A stretch of DNA of 64,000 bases from Bdellovibrionota bacterium. GTDB taxonomy: Bacteria > Bdellovibrionota_G > JALEGL01 > DATDPG01. Positions within the stretch are counted from its first letter, which is position 1, and every line of letters begins with the position of its first letter. Below the pieces are notes generated by a model that worked only from the letters and a program-made list of their open reading frames with translations, was not told the origin of the DNA and did not search any database. Of the stretch, positions 30,480 through 39,761 are shown one piece after another. The translations under genes were made by a program, and so were the position numbers. The stretch is taken from the NCBI GenBank assembly GCA_963668355.1, contig OY764265.1, positions 768,001 to 832,000 on the forward strand, given 5' to 3'.

Positions 30480-32031
30480 ATTCTTCAGGCAAACACCAAT
30501 GAGAATCGGCAAAGTACTGTAGCGAGTTCGCTTCGTTAGCAGAAATAGTAATTCTGTTTGCTTGAGTCCATATCTCTTCACCTGGCCAGTATTGAACCAA
30601 TGCCTCCACAGGAAAAAGAACCAGTCCATCGCTATCCGTTTGGTGACTTGATTCATCTGAGTTCCACCAATTTAAAATATTCTCAGAGCACTGCGTTGTG
30701 CTTCCATACCTTTTATGCGCCGTAGCTCGAATCTCGGCATTGATCCAAGGAGCCCCGCAAGCTCTATAGGCTTGGATATTGACTTCGAATTCTCTTGTTT
30801 GACACATAGTCCCAATAAAACCGTCGTCATCATAACAAACAATGTAGGTATGGTTTCCACCATAGTAATGTGTCGTATCATCTAAGCTTTCAATCCACTT
30901 GTTTTTGGTTACTTCAACATTCGTAAAATCTGAAACACCCGACACATTTAAGGTGATCCTTCCATCCACCCGATACAAATCCTCAGGAATTTGACCTTCG
31001 GCCGCTTTGACTCCAAAACGAATTACGCCATCCGCAAGGGCTGTTTTTGTAATGGCTTGCCCCGGTGAACTCCATAAATCTGCATCGCTAGCACGAACTC
31101 TTAAATAAACATTCGGATCAACTGTGACCGTCGGTCCTTCAATTCCATTTCCAAAAGCATCCACCAAGCGAGCTAAAAACTCACTAAATTCGTGTCCCTC
31201 ACCTCGACAAGAGGGTTCTCCAACTTCGACGGCACCCATTTCAAAAAGAAATTCATAGGGCGTTCCCGGCAAGGCATGCGCATGGAATTCAACCCGGTCG
31301 TTCCCAGGGATCACGGCATCACCCATCCACTGGGCATTTACAAACACCTCTCCGGCTTGTGTTCCAAAATCAAGATTCGTAGAAGCCTTCCCATGTTCAT
31401 CCGTTAAGACGTTTTCGGTAAAACTCGCAGGAGCTGAATCCTCCCCTAAACTAAACTGGATGTTTGCACCTGAAACTGGATTTCCTCGCTCATCTTTTGC
31501 AATCACTTCCAAAGGCAAGGGTAAGGGACCGTCCACATCAACCGCTTGGCTTTGACTGTTGGCTTCATGATTCGCAATGAACAATTTTTTCTCGGCCAGG
31601 GGCAATGCAAAGAGTCTAAACTCCACTTGGTGTTTGGTTTCGTCAAAATCTGGAATGAGGGCTTTGGCCTGAATATGAATCTCTCCCGGCTCATCGGGTA
31701 GGATGAAAGAAACTTGAGCTTTTCCGTTTTCATTTGTGGGCACTCGATGTTCCCCGGAAAAGCCACCCGATCCTAGCGTAATGGAAAACTCGATCGTCTG
31801 TTCTGGAACCACGGCCCCATTGAGCATAAGCCGAACCGTTAGCGCCGAAGGCAGCGCATCCCCAACGAACCCTGACTGCTCCTCTCCAGAAACGATTGCC
31901 AAAAGATAATCTCGAGAAATGCTGGCGACTTCGCTCGGCTGTGGAGTGGATTCCTTCACCTCCTCCGCAATCCCGCATGCGCCGAGAAAAGTGAGCCCTA
32001 GACAAATTCCAATCGTTCGAAAAGCATTCAT
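30478..32031 (-). CDS. Lipoprotein with invasin/Big_1-like Ig repeats
   Basis: Lipobox LGAC; repeats SG..Q.G..G..LP..L.V, D..GNPV.G..I.F, TDEHGKA. Confidence 0.75.
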   Translation of the reverse strand: MNAFRTIGICLGLTFLGACGIAEEVKESTPQPSEVASISRDYLLAIVSGEEQSGFVGDALPSALTVRLMLNGAVVPEQTIEFSITLGSGGFSGEHRVPTNENGKAQVSFILPDEPGEIHIQAKALIPDFDETKHQVEFRLFALPLAEKKLFIANHEANSQSQAVDVDGPLPLPLEVIAKDERGNPVSGANIQFSLGEDSAPASFTENVLTDEHGKASTNLDFGTQAGEVFVNAQWMGDAVIPGNDRVEFHAHALPGTPYEFLFEMGAVEVGEPSCRGEGHEFSEFLARLVDAFGNGIEGPTVTVDPNVYLRVRASDADLWSSPGQAITKTALADGVIRFGVKAAEGQIPEDLYRVDGRITLNVSGVSDFTNVEVTKNKWIESLDDTTHYYGGNHTYIVCYDDDGFIGTMCQTREFEVNIQAYRACGAPWINAEIRATAHKRYGSTTQCSENILNWWNSDESSHQTDSDGLVLFPVEALVQYWPGEEIWTQANRITISANEANSLQYFADSHWCLPEE

Positions 32032-32045
32032 GATGCCCCCATTTG

Positions 32046-32062
32046 AGCAAAGCTTGTGCCAA
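32046..32062 (-). promoter_or_regulatory. Sigma-54 (-24/-12) promoter motif
   Basis: TTGGCACAAGCTTTGCT matches TGGCAC-N5-TTGC immediately upstream of the Ig-like lipoprotein gene. Confidence 0.55.
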
Positions 32063-32130
32063 AGCCAAAGACCGTTAAATGGCTGTTATCACGTCTTTTT
32101 TTGAAAGGCAACGAACCGGATTTGGGACGC

Positions 32131-32934
32131 TTACGTCCGATTTCCGGACACCCCTTCTGAAACGGGGGCTTTGGCATGTTGTGCGGAGGCATCAATGATG
32201 AGAAGGGGCAAGATCAATACGTTCAAAATGGGGAGAAAGACGTAAAGGCCCAAACTCGTCAGGTAAAAGAAGTGTTTTCGACCGAGAAGGATCCGATCTG
32301 AAATGGACAACTCCTCCGCCGAAAACCCATAATCCATCAAGGCAAACCCAAATAGAAAGGCCGCACATAAGGGGGAAAGGATGCTTCCAAAGAACAGCCC
32401 CACCACCGGCAAAAAAGAAAACAGGGCAATGATGAGGGGAATGAGAAAAAGCAATGCGCCCTTTCCCAACTCACGAAGAGCGGCCACACCAACTGAGCGA
32501 AGCGTAAACGGCCCCCCCACATCTTTTCCGTCGTTTCGAACGATCTTCATCACGCCCGCAGAAAGGAATTCCCACAAGGTTCCACAAATTAGCGCTGCCA
32601 GGACATACCCCAGAATGGCAGCCCCGCCCAAAATCAAGACCTTCACAAGAAACAAGGTCGAGCCGGAAACCAACCCTTCCCAGGCTCGTTTCCACCACCC
32701 TCCACTTCGTTCGGTCTCCAAAAGAAATTGGACCGTCTGTTCAAAAGGCAAAAGCTCGAGAAGCTTGACGGTGATCCATTGAAGATGATTCCAGGCCCAA
32801 ATCAAGGTACCCATCACAAACATGAGCGTAATGAGGGCCGGAGCCAAGGCCCAAAACCAGAGCGAACGATGCTGACGAAGCATGCGATACCCGGCAAACG
32901 GGGATGTGAGGCCTTGAGAGATATGTTTAATCAT
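32131..32934 (-). CDS. CysZ/EI24-family membrane protein
   Basis: PFAGYRML..LW.WAL.P, TM hairpins, LPVVG, MDYG. Confidence 0.7.
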   Translation of the reverse strand: MIKHISQGLTSPFAGYRMLRQHRSLWFWALAPALITLMFVMGTLIWAWNHLQWITVKLLELLPFEQTVQFLLETERSGGWWKRAWEGLVSGSTLFLVKVLILGGAAILGYVLAALICGTLWEFLSAGVMKIVRNDGKDVGGPFTLRSVGVAALRELGKGALLFLIPLIIALFSFLPVVGLFFGSILSPLCAAFLFGFALMDYGFSAEELSISDRILLGRKHFFYLTSLGLYVFLPILNVLILPLLIIDASAQHAKAPVSEGVSGNRT

Positions 32935-32942
32935 AAGAGCTT

Positions 32943-32976
32943 AAAAAAAAGGGGTGAAGAATCCTTCACCCCTTTT
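32943..32976 (-). terminator. Rho-independent terminator
   Basis: A8-GGGGTGAAG-loop-CTTCACCCC-TTTT downstream of the minus-strand barrel gene. Confidence 0.8.
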
Positions 32977-32997
32977 AATTCCATTCAACTGATTGGA

Positions 32998-33522
32998 CTA
33001 GAAATTATAGTCAAATCCAACTTTGAAAATGTCCAGAGCCAAAACGTCCAGAGCATCTCCAAGACCAAACATATAGTTGATGTCAAAGTCATAGCGGAGA
33101 CTCATATTCTCCACACCGATGGCATCGCCCAAGTTCCAGGCCATTCCCAAGCCAGCGGTCAAACCAATGTCTTGGTTGCCACGAAGATGCACGGGCAAAT
33201 CGACGCGGACATAAGGATTCCATCTTTCGAGGGGCATCCAGTGATATTGCAGTCCAGGAGAGAGTTGGAACTGACGAGTCGTTCCCGTTTGCTTTTCGAC
33301 ATCAAAAGCCACGCGAAGACCCAAATTCACATTCTCATTCATCCAATATCGGCCATCCACACCCAGGTTTAAATTGGCGCGCTCTCTCAGACTATTTCCA
33401 TCCACATACAAGCTATAGGGCATCGCAAAATCAACACCCAGTCTCAAAGGTTTTTCTCGCTCGGCAAATGCGGGCGAAGCCATCAAGGCCACTAAACCCA
33501 ACGTTAAAACAATTTTTTTCAC
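32998..33522 (-). CDS. Small outer-membrane beta-barrel protein
   Basis: Signal peptide AFA|; NPYV; C-terminal GFDYNF; GGAGG RBS with GTG start. Confidence 0.75.
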   Translation of the reverse strand: MKKIVLTLGLVALMASPAFAEREKPLRLGVDFAMPYSLYVDGNSLRERANLNLGVDGRYWMNENVNLGLRVAFDVEKQTGTTRQFQLSPGLQYHWMPLERWNPYVRVDLPVHLRGNQDIGLTAGLGMAWNLGDAIGVENMSLRYDFDINYMFGLGDALDVLALDIFKVGFDYNF

Positions 33523-33599
33523 TTCAATCCTCCCAAAAAATTTTAAGTAACTCTTGGAGCGTAGCCTACCAAGGGGTGTAGGAAAGGCAACTCCCCTTA

Positions 33600-35798
33600 T
33601 CAGGTTTTCCTGGATTGCTCCTCCGAGATGCGCTTCTCGTGAGCCAGGTCCAGAGCGACTTTGGCTTTCACAAAACTGGGATGTAAGCGAACGGCTTGAG
33701 AAAAATGACGCTCAGCCTTTCGCCAATCGTTTAGGTACATGGCAATTTGTCCCCGATAGAATCGCAATTGATGGTCTGAAGGATCATTTAGAATGGCTTC
33801 GTCCAACATTTTGGAAGCTTTTCCAGAATTGGTTTTCTTTTCTTGTTGGAAAAGCGCCCAAGCCAAATAGCCCTGAACGGATCGATTCTCAGGATACATT
33901 TGGCTGGCTAAGGTCAATCCCGAAATCGCTTTCTGCATATTTTCCATTTCCAAATCTCGGATGCAAACCAACAGCTGACGCTCAAGTTCAATTTGAGGCT
34001 TTGTTTTGTTTTCTGTTTCAGCTTTTTTCTCACGACGCGAATAGAGTTTTTTTAGATTCGGATCTCGCAACGTATCAAATGCCAATTTGAGCCAAGAGTG
34101 AATTTGCTGAACTTTTTCTCGAACTTCTTTGTCATCAATGTCTTCAATGTCATGCGAAGCGTATCGGGAAACACGCTCCATATGCGCACGCGTAATTTCA
34201 GCTTCCGTCGCATCTTCTTTGACGCCAAACAATTCATAAAAATTCAAACTTCGAAGCCTCTCAAAATCTTCTTTGATCCAACGCCGCAACAAATCCAAGA
34301 CCTTCTCAGATTCCGGAGAAAGAGCTCTTGGCTCCTCCTTCAAGGTGGATTTAAATTCTGGCGCACTCACATCCGCGATATTGGAGAAATCCAGCGTGAC
34401 CCATCCGGCAATCACCATCCCATAGATCAAAGGAAGCAGCTCGTTGACGGAAAGCTGCAATTTGGCCGAAAGCTTTCGCACGGTTTGAGGCGTTGCACAC
34501 CGCTTCAAAATTTCCGGAATAATCGGGCGAACCCCCGCATCAGCGGGAGGCAAAGCGATTTGACGAATGGCGGTTTCCTCGTCGAGGCCCATCCAAGCCC
34601 CAATAAGCGTTGAATCATACCAACGAGAAATTCCCTGAAAGGTGATCCGATAGGGCTTTAAGGGAAGAATCGAAATCGTCGGAGGCCAGTCTGTTCCTGG
34701 AATGAACTCGAATCGACCGTCAAACCACGAAAACATATTCAGTAGCTTTTCTTCATGATGCTCCACAAATGCCTGAGCCAAAGTGGGAGAATCCAACATT
34801 CCTCCCTGCACCATGATCTCACCATGATGCAAGTCGCTTTGAGCCAGCTCCTCCAAAGACTCTTCGAGATCCATCGGCGTAATTTTTCCCTTACGCACCA
34901 AATACTGTCCCAAGGTTTCCGTACGCAAATTGGATTCAACAAAAACTGGATTTCCGTCTTTGATGTACACCAATTTGGTTACCCCTTGGCGTTCAATCAA
35001 AAGCGTTCCGGTTTGTTTTTCCTGAAGAAACCCGAGAACCAACTCAGGAACCAAATAGTCTTTCAGCGAACCCGAAGGGGGAATTTTTTCCACACGTCGT
35101 CTTTCGGGTCGAGAGCGGTGAGTCTCCAATCTCGAAATATAGTGATCCAGCCGAGCCTTAGCTTCTGAATTTAAGTCCACAAACTGCACACCCAAGCCCG
35201 CCGCACGACCTTTCTCTTCCGCTTGCTTGGCATCCAGGCGATAGGCGACTTTTCCTTCCACCTCAATGGGCTCATCAATTCCCGCGATTTCCAGCTGAGC
35301 CTTGATGGTTTGGCCGGGTTCGAGTCGCTGCGTGGTGGCCAAAAACATGCCCCCTCGACTCAAGTTTTCCGTGTACTCCGTCAGGAAATCCTGGCCGGAT
35401 TTGAATCGCACGCGGTGATAGACCTCAAATCGCTCCTCCAAAGCCCGAGGCGCTTGGGATAGTTGGGCGCGCATCTTCGACACAAACCGCAAATAAGTTT
35501 CCGGAGCGGCTGAAAGCTCAACGCCCATCCCGCCCCTTGCGGTAGGCTTCTCTTGGGGGCGAGGCGTCGAACTCCAAACCACGCGTCCCTGAATTTCAAT
35601 ATTGCTCTCTTTATCAACCTGAATGGGAATCGAAATGAGGGCACCAATGGGAAGAGGGTTGTCGGTTTTCACGAACATGCCAACTTCCGAAAAATTATAG
35701 AGAATTCCCTCGGCCTCTCGACCCTCCCCACGGAACCGAACCACGGCTCTCCGGTTGATTCTGGCGATTTTTCTTCTTTCTTGCTTACTTTTGGACAT
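33600..35798 (-). CDS. Tandem PilZ (TIGR02266-like) + DUF4388 + DnaJ-like + TPR protein
   Basis: RxxxR..NFSEVGMF; TENLSRGGMF..GLGVQF; TG.L..K.VY..G; YELFGV..AT..EI; TPR tail. Confidence 0.8.
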   Translation of the reverse strand: MSKSKQERRKIARINRRAVVRFRGEGREAEGILYNFSEVGMFVKTDNPLPIGALISIPIQVDKESNIEIQGRVVWSSTPRPQEKPTARGGMGVELSAAPETYLRFVSKMRAQLSQAPRALEERFEVYHRVRFKSGQDFLTEYTENLSRGGMFLATTQRLEPGQTIKAQLEIAGIDEPIEVEGKVAYRLDAKQAEEKGRAAGLGVQFVDLNSEAKARLDHYISRLETHRSRPERRRVEKIPPSGSLKDYLVPELVLGFLQEKQTGTLLIERQGVTKLVYIKDGNPVFVESNLRTETLGQYLVRKGKITPMDLEESLEELAQSDLHHGEIMVQGGMLDSPTLAQAFVEHHEEKLLNMFSWFDGRFEFIPGTDWPPTISILPLKPYRITFQGISRWYDSTLIGAWMGLDEETAIRQIALPPADAGVRPIIPEILKRCATPQTVRKLSAKLQLSVNELLPLIYGMVIAGWVTLDFSNIADVSAPEFKSTLKEEPRALSPESEKVLDLLRRWIKEDFERLRSLNFYELFGVKEDATEAEITRAHMERVSRYASHDIEDIDDKEVREKVQQIHSWLKLAFDTLRDPNLKKLYSRREKKAETENKTKPQIELERQLLVCIRDLEMENMQKAISGLTLASQMYPENRSVQGYLAWALFQQEKKTNSGKASKMLDEAILNDPSDHQLRFYRGQIAMYLNDWRKAERHFSQAVRLHPSFVKAKVALDLAHEKRISEEQSRKT

Positions 35799-35896
35799 TT
35801 TTCTAAAGAAACGGACGTTCAGAAACGGTAACTCTTTCAAACTGAAATGTCAGTATTTACAACGCCTCCAATTCGGTTAAAGTCCCCACCTCAAAC

Positions 35897-35988
<92 letters not shown>

Positions 35989-36025
35989 AAAGAAAGCCCG
36001 TGATTTCAATCGCGGGTTTTCTTTT
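35989..36025 (+). terminator. Terminator-like hairpin after tRNA-Ser
   Basis: AAAGAAAGCCCGTGATT-TC-AATCGCGGGTTTTCTTTT. Confidence 0.7.
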
Positions 36026-36126
36026 GGTCGGAGGAGCGTAAAAAATATTAAAGTTTGACGGGGGCCTACCGAAGGTGGGCAGACAAACTTTCCCCTCAGG
36101 GATCTATGGACGAAAGTCCATGAGGA

Positions 36127-36141
36127 CCTCCTCCTCCGCCA
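36127..36141 (+). repeat. Direct repeat of the tRNA-Ser 3' end (att-like)
   Basis: CCTCCTCCTCCGCCA identical to 35974-35988. Confidence 0.85.
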
Positions 36142-36675
36142 TTTTTCATTTCGGCCCTTCCGGGCCAGGACACACCACGGGTTTTTCCCTTTTTTTTTGA
36201 AAATTTCGGCGCCCTGCCCCCGTTTCTCGCACACCTGTACATCTCCCCCCATCAAAATGAGGGCGTCTTCTATTGTGCCTATGTGCCTCTTTCTACCGCT
36301 TCCGTATATTCCGCATCCACTAAATAACTCTCGTCACTGATCTCTACATCAGCGTACTCCTCTGCTCCTTGAACGCCTTCAGCCTGCTTTACCCAGCTCG
36401 GCGGCCCCGTGGCGCGCTCCTCCCTCGTCAAGAAGTCGCCTAAACCGAAGACTCCTGAAGACATGGCGCTAGAGCGTTGTATCGAGCAGTGTCGGGCGAT
36501 GTATCGGAAGAAACCGAAGCCAGAAGGGGGCTAGCTGGCGGCCCTACAAAGTAGCTGAGAGTATCTATGGACTCGACTCTTCTGTGCCGTCTTCTTCTTC
36601 AGGTTCCGCGGACTGGCTACAAAGAAGGTTCTTCTCCGTCCAAAGGTGTTTCGTATATCCATCAAATACCCACAT

Positions 36676-36738
36676 AAATCAGGGGACGCCCGACGCTATC
36701 CGATTAGCAAATGGATACAGTCGGGCGTCCCCTGATTT
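36676..36738. repeat. 63-bp palindromic REP-like element, copy 1
   Basis: AAATCAGGGGACGCCCGAC...GTCGGGCGTCCCCTGATTT. Confidence 0.9.
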
Positions 36739-36832
36739 CGATTCAAACTCCCAGAAAGGGGTTCGAAACCAAAACACAAAAATTGCCATTTTGCGTCATT
36801 TTGATATAGGTCTGCCCGATCTGGAGGTATTT

Positions 36833-38029
36833 ATGAAAATTGGTTCTGTGCGCCCTTCTTATTTGAATCTGGCATTTAGCGTTCTTATTTCGACTCTCCT
36901 CTTTGCAATCTCCACCAACGCTTGGGGAAAAGATTTTAGAATTAATTTGTCAAAGAAAGCCGTCGTCGCGGTCGAACCTACGGACAGTATGTTTGAACCT
37001 ACAAATATTCGCAGTGGAAGCGGCTTTTTTGTGGAGTTCGATGATTCGATTGTCCTCGTAACTAACTATCTCCGAATGCAAGGAAACCGTTTTCTCTGGG
37101 TGGAATTAGAAAACGGTGATCACCTCCAAGCAACTCATCTCAGATATGATCCCTACTGGGGAGTTTTGCTAGCCCTCGTCAATCGAATTGATGAAAATGA
37201 CGTTCAGCCACTTCACCTAGCAGAACCAACCTCAACGGCATTTTTGAATTCCGGCGACCGCGTGGAATTCGTTTGCGGAAAAGCAATTCAGAAAGCACGT
37301 TATGTTCAAGGTCATGTCCTCCCAAAAAGCTCTTCGCGGACTGGAACGCAATCGGCCCTCCTTGCTTCCACAGGTTCCGAGCCTACTCGTTACTTCGGCG
37401 GTGGACCCGTCTTGAATAAACGAGGAGAAGTCTTAGGAATGACATTGGATCGGATAGACACCGCCCTTGATCCAAACTCCGAAACAAAAGTCGTCGTGAC
37501 TTCAGAAGTTTTAAGAGACTTTTTGAGTCGTATTGATGCGGAGCCAGGTAAATTCGAAGATGCGTTTATTCCGATTGAAAACTGGTATGAGGTCTGGGCA
37601 AGCAGCGAAGCAGGCAAAGAGTGGCAGACTCTCCAAGATAGCCTCGTTTTGGGATCGAGCACCTATGTTGATTTCTTCGAATCAGTTCCAGATACCATTC
37701 GCACGCCCCGCGTTCTATTAAGTTATTTCTACGCTCAAAATAAAACGGACGAAACTGAAGAAGAACAAATCAAAACACTCGAAGAAGTCTTTAAAGCCCC
37801 CACTTCAACAGTTTTGGATTTTCTCCTTGTAGAAGACACTCTTGTGAATCTCGGTATCCTGGAAGCAAGCTCCGGAGATATCTGGAAAGCACGTGCATGG
37901 TTTCACACTTTAAATCTCAAAGCACCGAATAGTCCAAAAACTGAGTACTTAGAACGCGCGATTCAAGTAGCACAAGCTGGAGGAGAAAAAGAGTTGATAG
38001 AAAAGTTTCTTGAGTGGCGTACTCGGTAA
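36833..38029 (+). CDS. Secreted trypsin-like (S1C) homologue, predicted inactive, with helical C-terminus
   Basis: GGAGG RBS, signal peptide; GSGFFV, LVTNYL (His replaced), YFGGGPVLN (Ser replaced). Confidence 0.75.
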   Translation: MKIGSVRPSYLNLAFSVLISTLLFAISTNAWGKDFRINLSKKAVVAVEPTDSMFEPTNIRSGSGFFVEFDDSIVLVTNYLRMQGNRFLWVELENGDHLQATHLRYDPYWGVLLALVNRIDENDVQPLHLAEPTSTAFLNSGDRVEFVCGKAIQKARYVQGHVLPKSSSRTGTQSALLASTGSEPTRYFGGGPVLNKRGEVLGMTLDRIDTALDPNSETKVVVTSEVLRDFLSRIDAEPGKFEDAFIPIENWYEVWASSEAGKEWQTLQDSLVLGSSTYVDFFESVPDTIRTPRVLLSYFYAQNKTDETEEEQIKTLEEVFKAPTSTVLDFLLVEDTLVNLGILEASSGDIWKARAWFHTLNLKAPNSPKTEYLERAIQVAQAGGEKELIEKFLEWRTR

Positions 38030-38156
38030 ACAAAACAACTCGAGCAAAAAACACTTAAACCCCGTAGCAGATTGAATCTATTTCTTTCTTATAATGCTGA
38101 TACCTTCCTGTTTTCTCTGTTCTTCCCTCAGGGTGTAAGGTCGCAATAAATCACTA

Positions 38157-38219
38157 AAATCAGGGGACGCCCGACTGTATCCATTTGCTAATCGGATAGC
38201 GTCAGGCGTCCCCTGATTT
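38157..38219. repeat. 63-bp palindromic REP-like element, copy 2 (inverted relative to copy 1)
   Basis: Reverse complement of 36676-36738 with one mismatch. Confidence 0.9.
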
Positions 38220-38400
38220 GAACAAAAAACAAGAAACTCATGTATTGGCCACTTCCAGAAAGTAGGTACGGGGAGTGTCCCGTACTTCTCTGGGACCGAT
38301 CAGGATGCTTATTAGACGACCGTTTTGTGGGCGACGAATTTGACGAAGGAATGGCGAGACGAGATGACGATATTCTTCGTCGTGGGTAATGAAAATGATA

Positions 38401-38445
38401 TGTATTTTTACATAAACCTATCAACTAAAATTATGTAAAAATACA
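38401..38445. promoter_or_regulatory. Perfect 15-bp inverted repeat, candidate operator
   Basis: TGTATTTTTACATAA-15nt-TTATGTAAAAATACA upstream of the HTH gene. Confidence 0.6.
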
Positions 38446-38481
38446 CTACAATTATTCTGGTATTTATGTAATAATAAATAA

Positions 38482-38934
38482 GTGAAATCAAAAAATAGAT
38501 GTAATTTAGCTATCTTACAGGCTGATCGACGAGCGAAGGCCTTAACCAGGTTAGCTAAACATGCTCAGATCCGCACAGGCTGGATTTCATACATGCGTAA
38601 CGTTCTAGGTATGAGACTTAAGGATCTCGCGGGTAGAGCTGGCATAGCGACTCCAACCGCAGCCCAGGCCGAACGTAGAGAGGCTGACGGAAAAGTAACC
38701 CTCGAGACTTTGCGAAAAATGGCCCATGCGATGGACTGCGATCTGATCTATGCTTTCATACCTAGAAAGAGTGTGCGCACCATTTTGTTTGAAAATGCCC
38801 TGCAAAAAGCGAGTCATATTCTTTCGCGCGCAGATACGCATATGACGTTGGAAGACCAAAAAGTTAAGGTAGATAAGAAGAATCGTGTGCGCCGATTGGC
38901 TCAGAAACTAATCGATGAAAGTGACGTGTGGTGA
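38482..38934 (+). CDS. Mobile mystery protein A (XRE-HTH)
   Basis: GWI..MR..LGM...LA.R.G, E..E..G..TL.TL...A.A..C.L.Y, HMTLEDQ. Confidence 0.88.
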   Translation: MKSKNRCNLAILQADRRAKALTRLAKHAQIRTGWISYMRNVLGMRLKDLAGRAGIATPTAAQAERREADGKVTLETLRKMAHAMDCDLIYAFIPRKSVRTILFENALQKASHILSRADTHMTLEDQKVKVDKKNRVRRLAQKLIDESDVW

Positions 38935-39527
38935 AGAATTTTCTCTTCAAAGACCGAGACGGACAAACCCCTTTGCCCGAAGAATTACAAAAGGGCCTGA
39001 TTCCGAAAAACGTACAAACCATTGGCGAGCTGGACGAATACGAAGAAGAAAACATCACCGAAGGCCTGCGTTGGCTAGCCAATGCGAAAGAAAATGATCT
39101 GACCTATTCCTTTTGGTTGGACTTGCATAAACACTTGTTCCGAAACGTTTGGAAGTGGGCAGGCAAAGTCCGCCAACATGAATTAAGTCATCCAGATTTC
39201 TATATGCCCGGAAAAATATGGCCTGCGCTCAAACAATTAGAAGATGATGCCCAATTTTGGTTTGAGAATGAAAGCTTTCCATCAAAGGAAATTGCCGCTC
39301 GTTTTCATGAACGAATAGAAATCATACATCCGTTCGCCAATGGAAATGGGCGATTTGGTCGAATTCTTACAGAACATATCTGCGAGCAAAGAGGCCTCGT
39401 TATCCCAACATGGGGGAAATCAATGCAAGACGAACCCCAAAAAAGACGAAAAACCTATGTAAATGCACTGTACACAGGTCAACACGATCAAAATTATGAA
39501 CCTCTAGTCGAATTCATGTTTTCGTAA
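38928..39527 (+). CDS. Mobile mystery protein B (Fic domain)
   Basis: GQTPL, EL..YE..NI, LH..LF..VW.WAG, Fic motif HPFANGNGRFGR. Confidence 0.9.
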   Translation: MVKNFLFKDRDGQTPLPEELQKGLIPKNVQTIGELDEYEEENITEGLRWLANAKENDLTYSFWLDLHKHLFRNVWKWAGKVRQHELSHPDFYMPGKIWPALKQLEDDAQFWFENESFPSKEIAARFHERIEIIHPFANGNGRFGRILTEHICEQRGLVIPTWGKSMQDEPQKRRKTYVNALYTGQHDQNYEPLVEFMFS

Positions 39528-39761
39528 AAGGGTAACAGGTCGGGTGTAACGGGGTGAACTCGAATGAACTCCTGTGATATCGCAGGTGAGTTATCTGTTT
39601 GTTATTGTTGCTTTTGCCAAAGAAACCGAGCTGTTATGTGTTCACCCTTTCAATCCCTCCTAACGATAAAACCCTAAACCTTAATCCTTAGCTCTCACAA
39701 CTCCGATAGCACGAGCCCTGTTTACTCATCGCGCTAAGTATCGCGTCACCTGAATTTGCTT

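Noticed and set aside
36279..36464. 61-aa acidic ORF after tRNA-Ser
   Set aside because: No recognisable motif or RBS; competing short frames on the other strand.
36584..36832. Long N-terminal extension of the 481-aa ORF
   Set aside because: Runs through the REP-like palindrome; GGAGG plus a signal peptide point to ATG 36833.
36676..38219. Palindromes as integron attC sites or CRISPR repeats
   Set aside because: No RYYYAAC/GTTRRRY boxes, copies are inverted rather than direct, no spacer array, and no intI or cas genes.
39564..39677. Cys-rich 37-aa ORF (MNSCDIAGELSVCYCCFCQR...) as SPASM substrate
   Set aside because: About 17 kb from the cluster, weak RBS, no C-terminal Cys; Cys codons may arise from TG-rich intergenic sequence.
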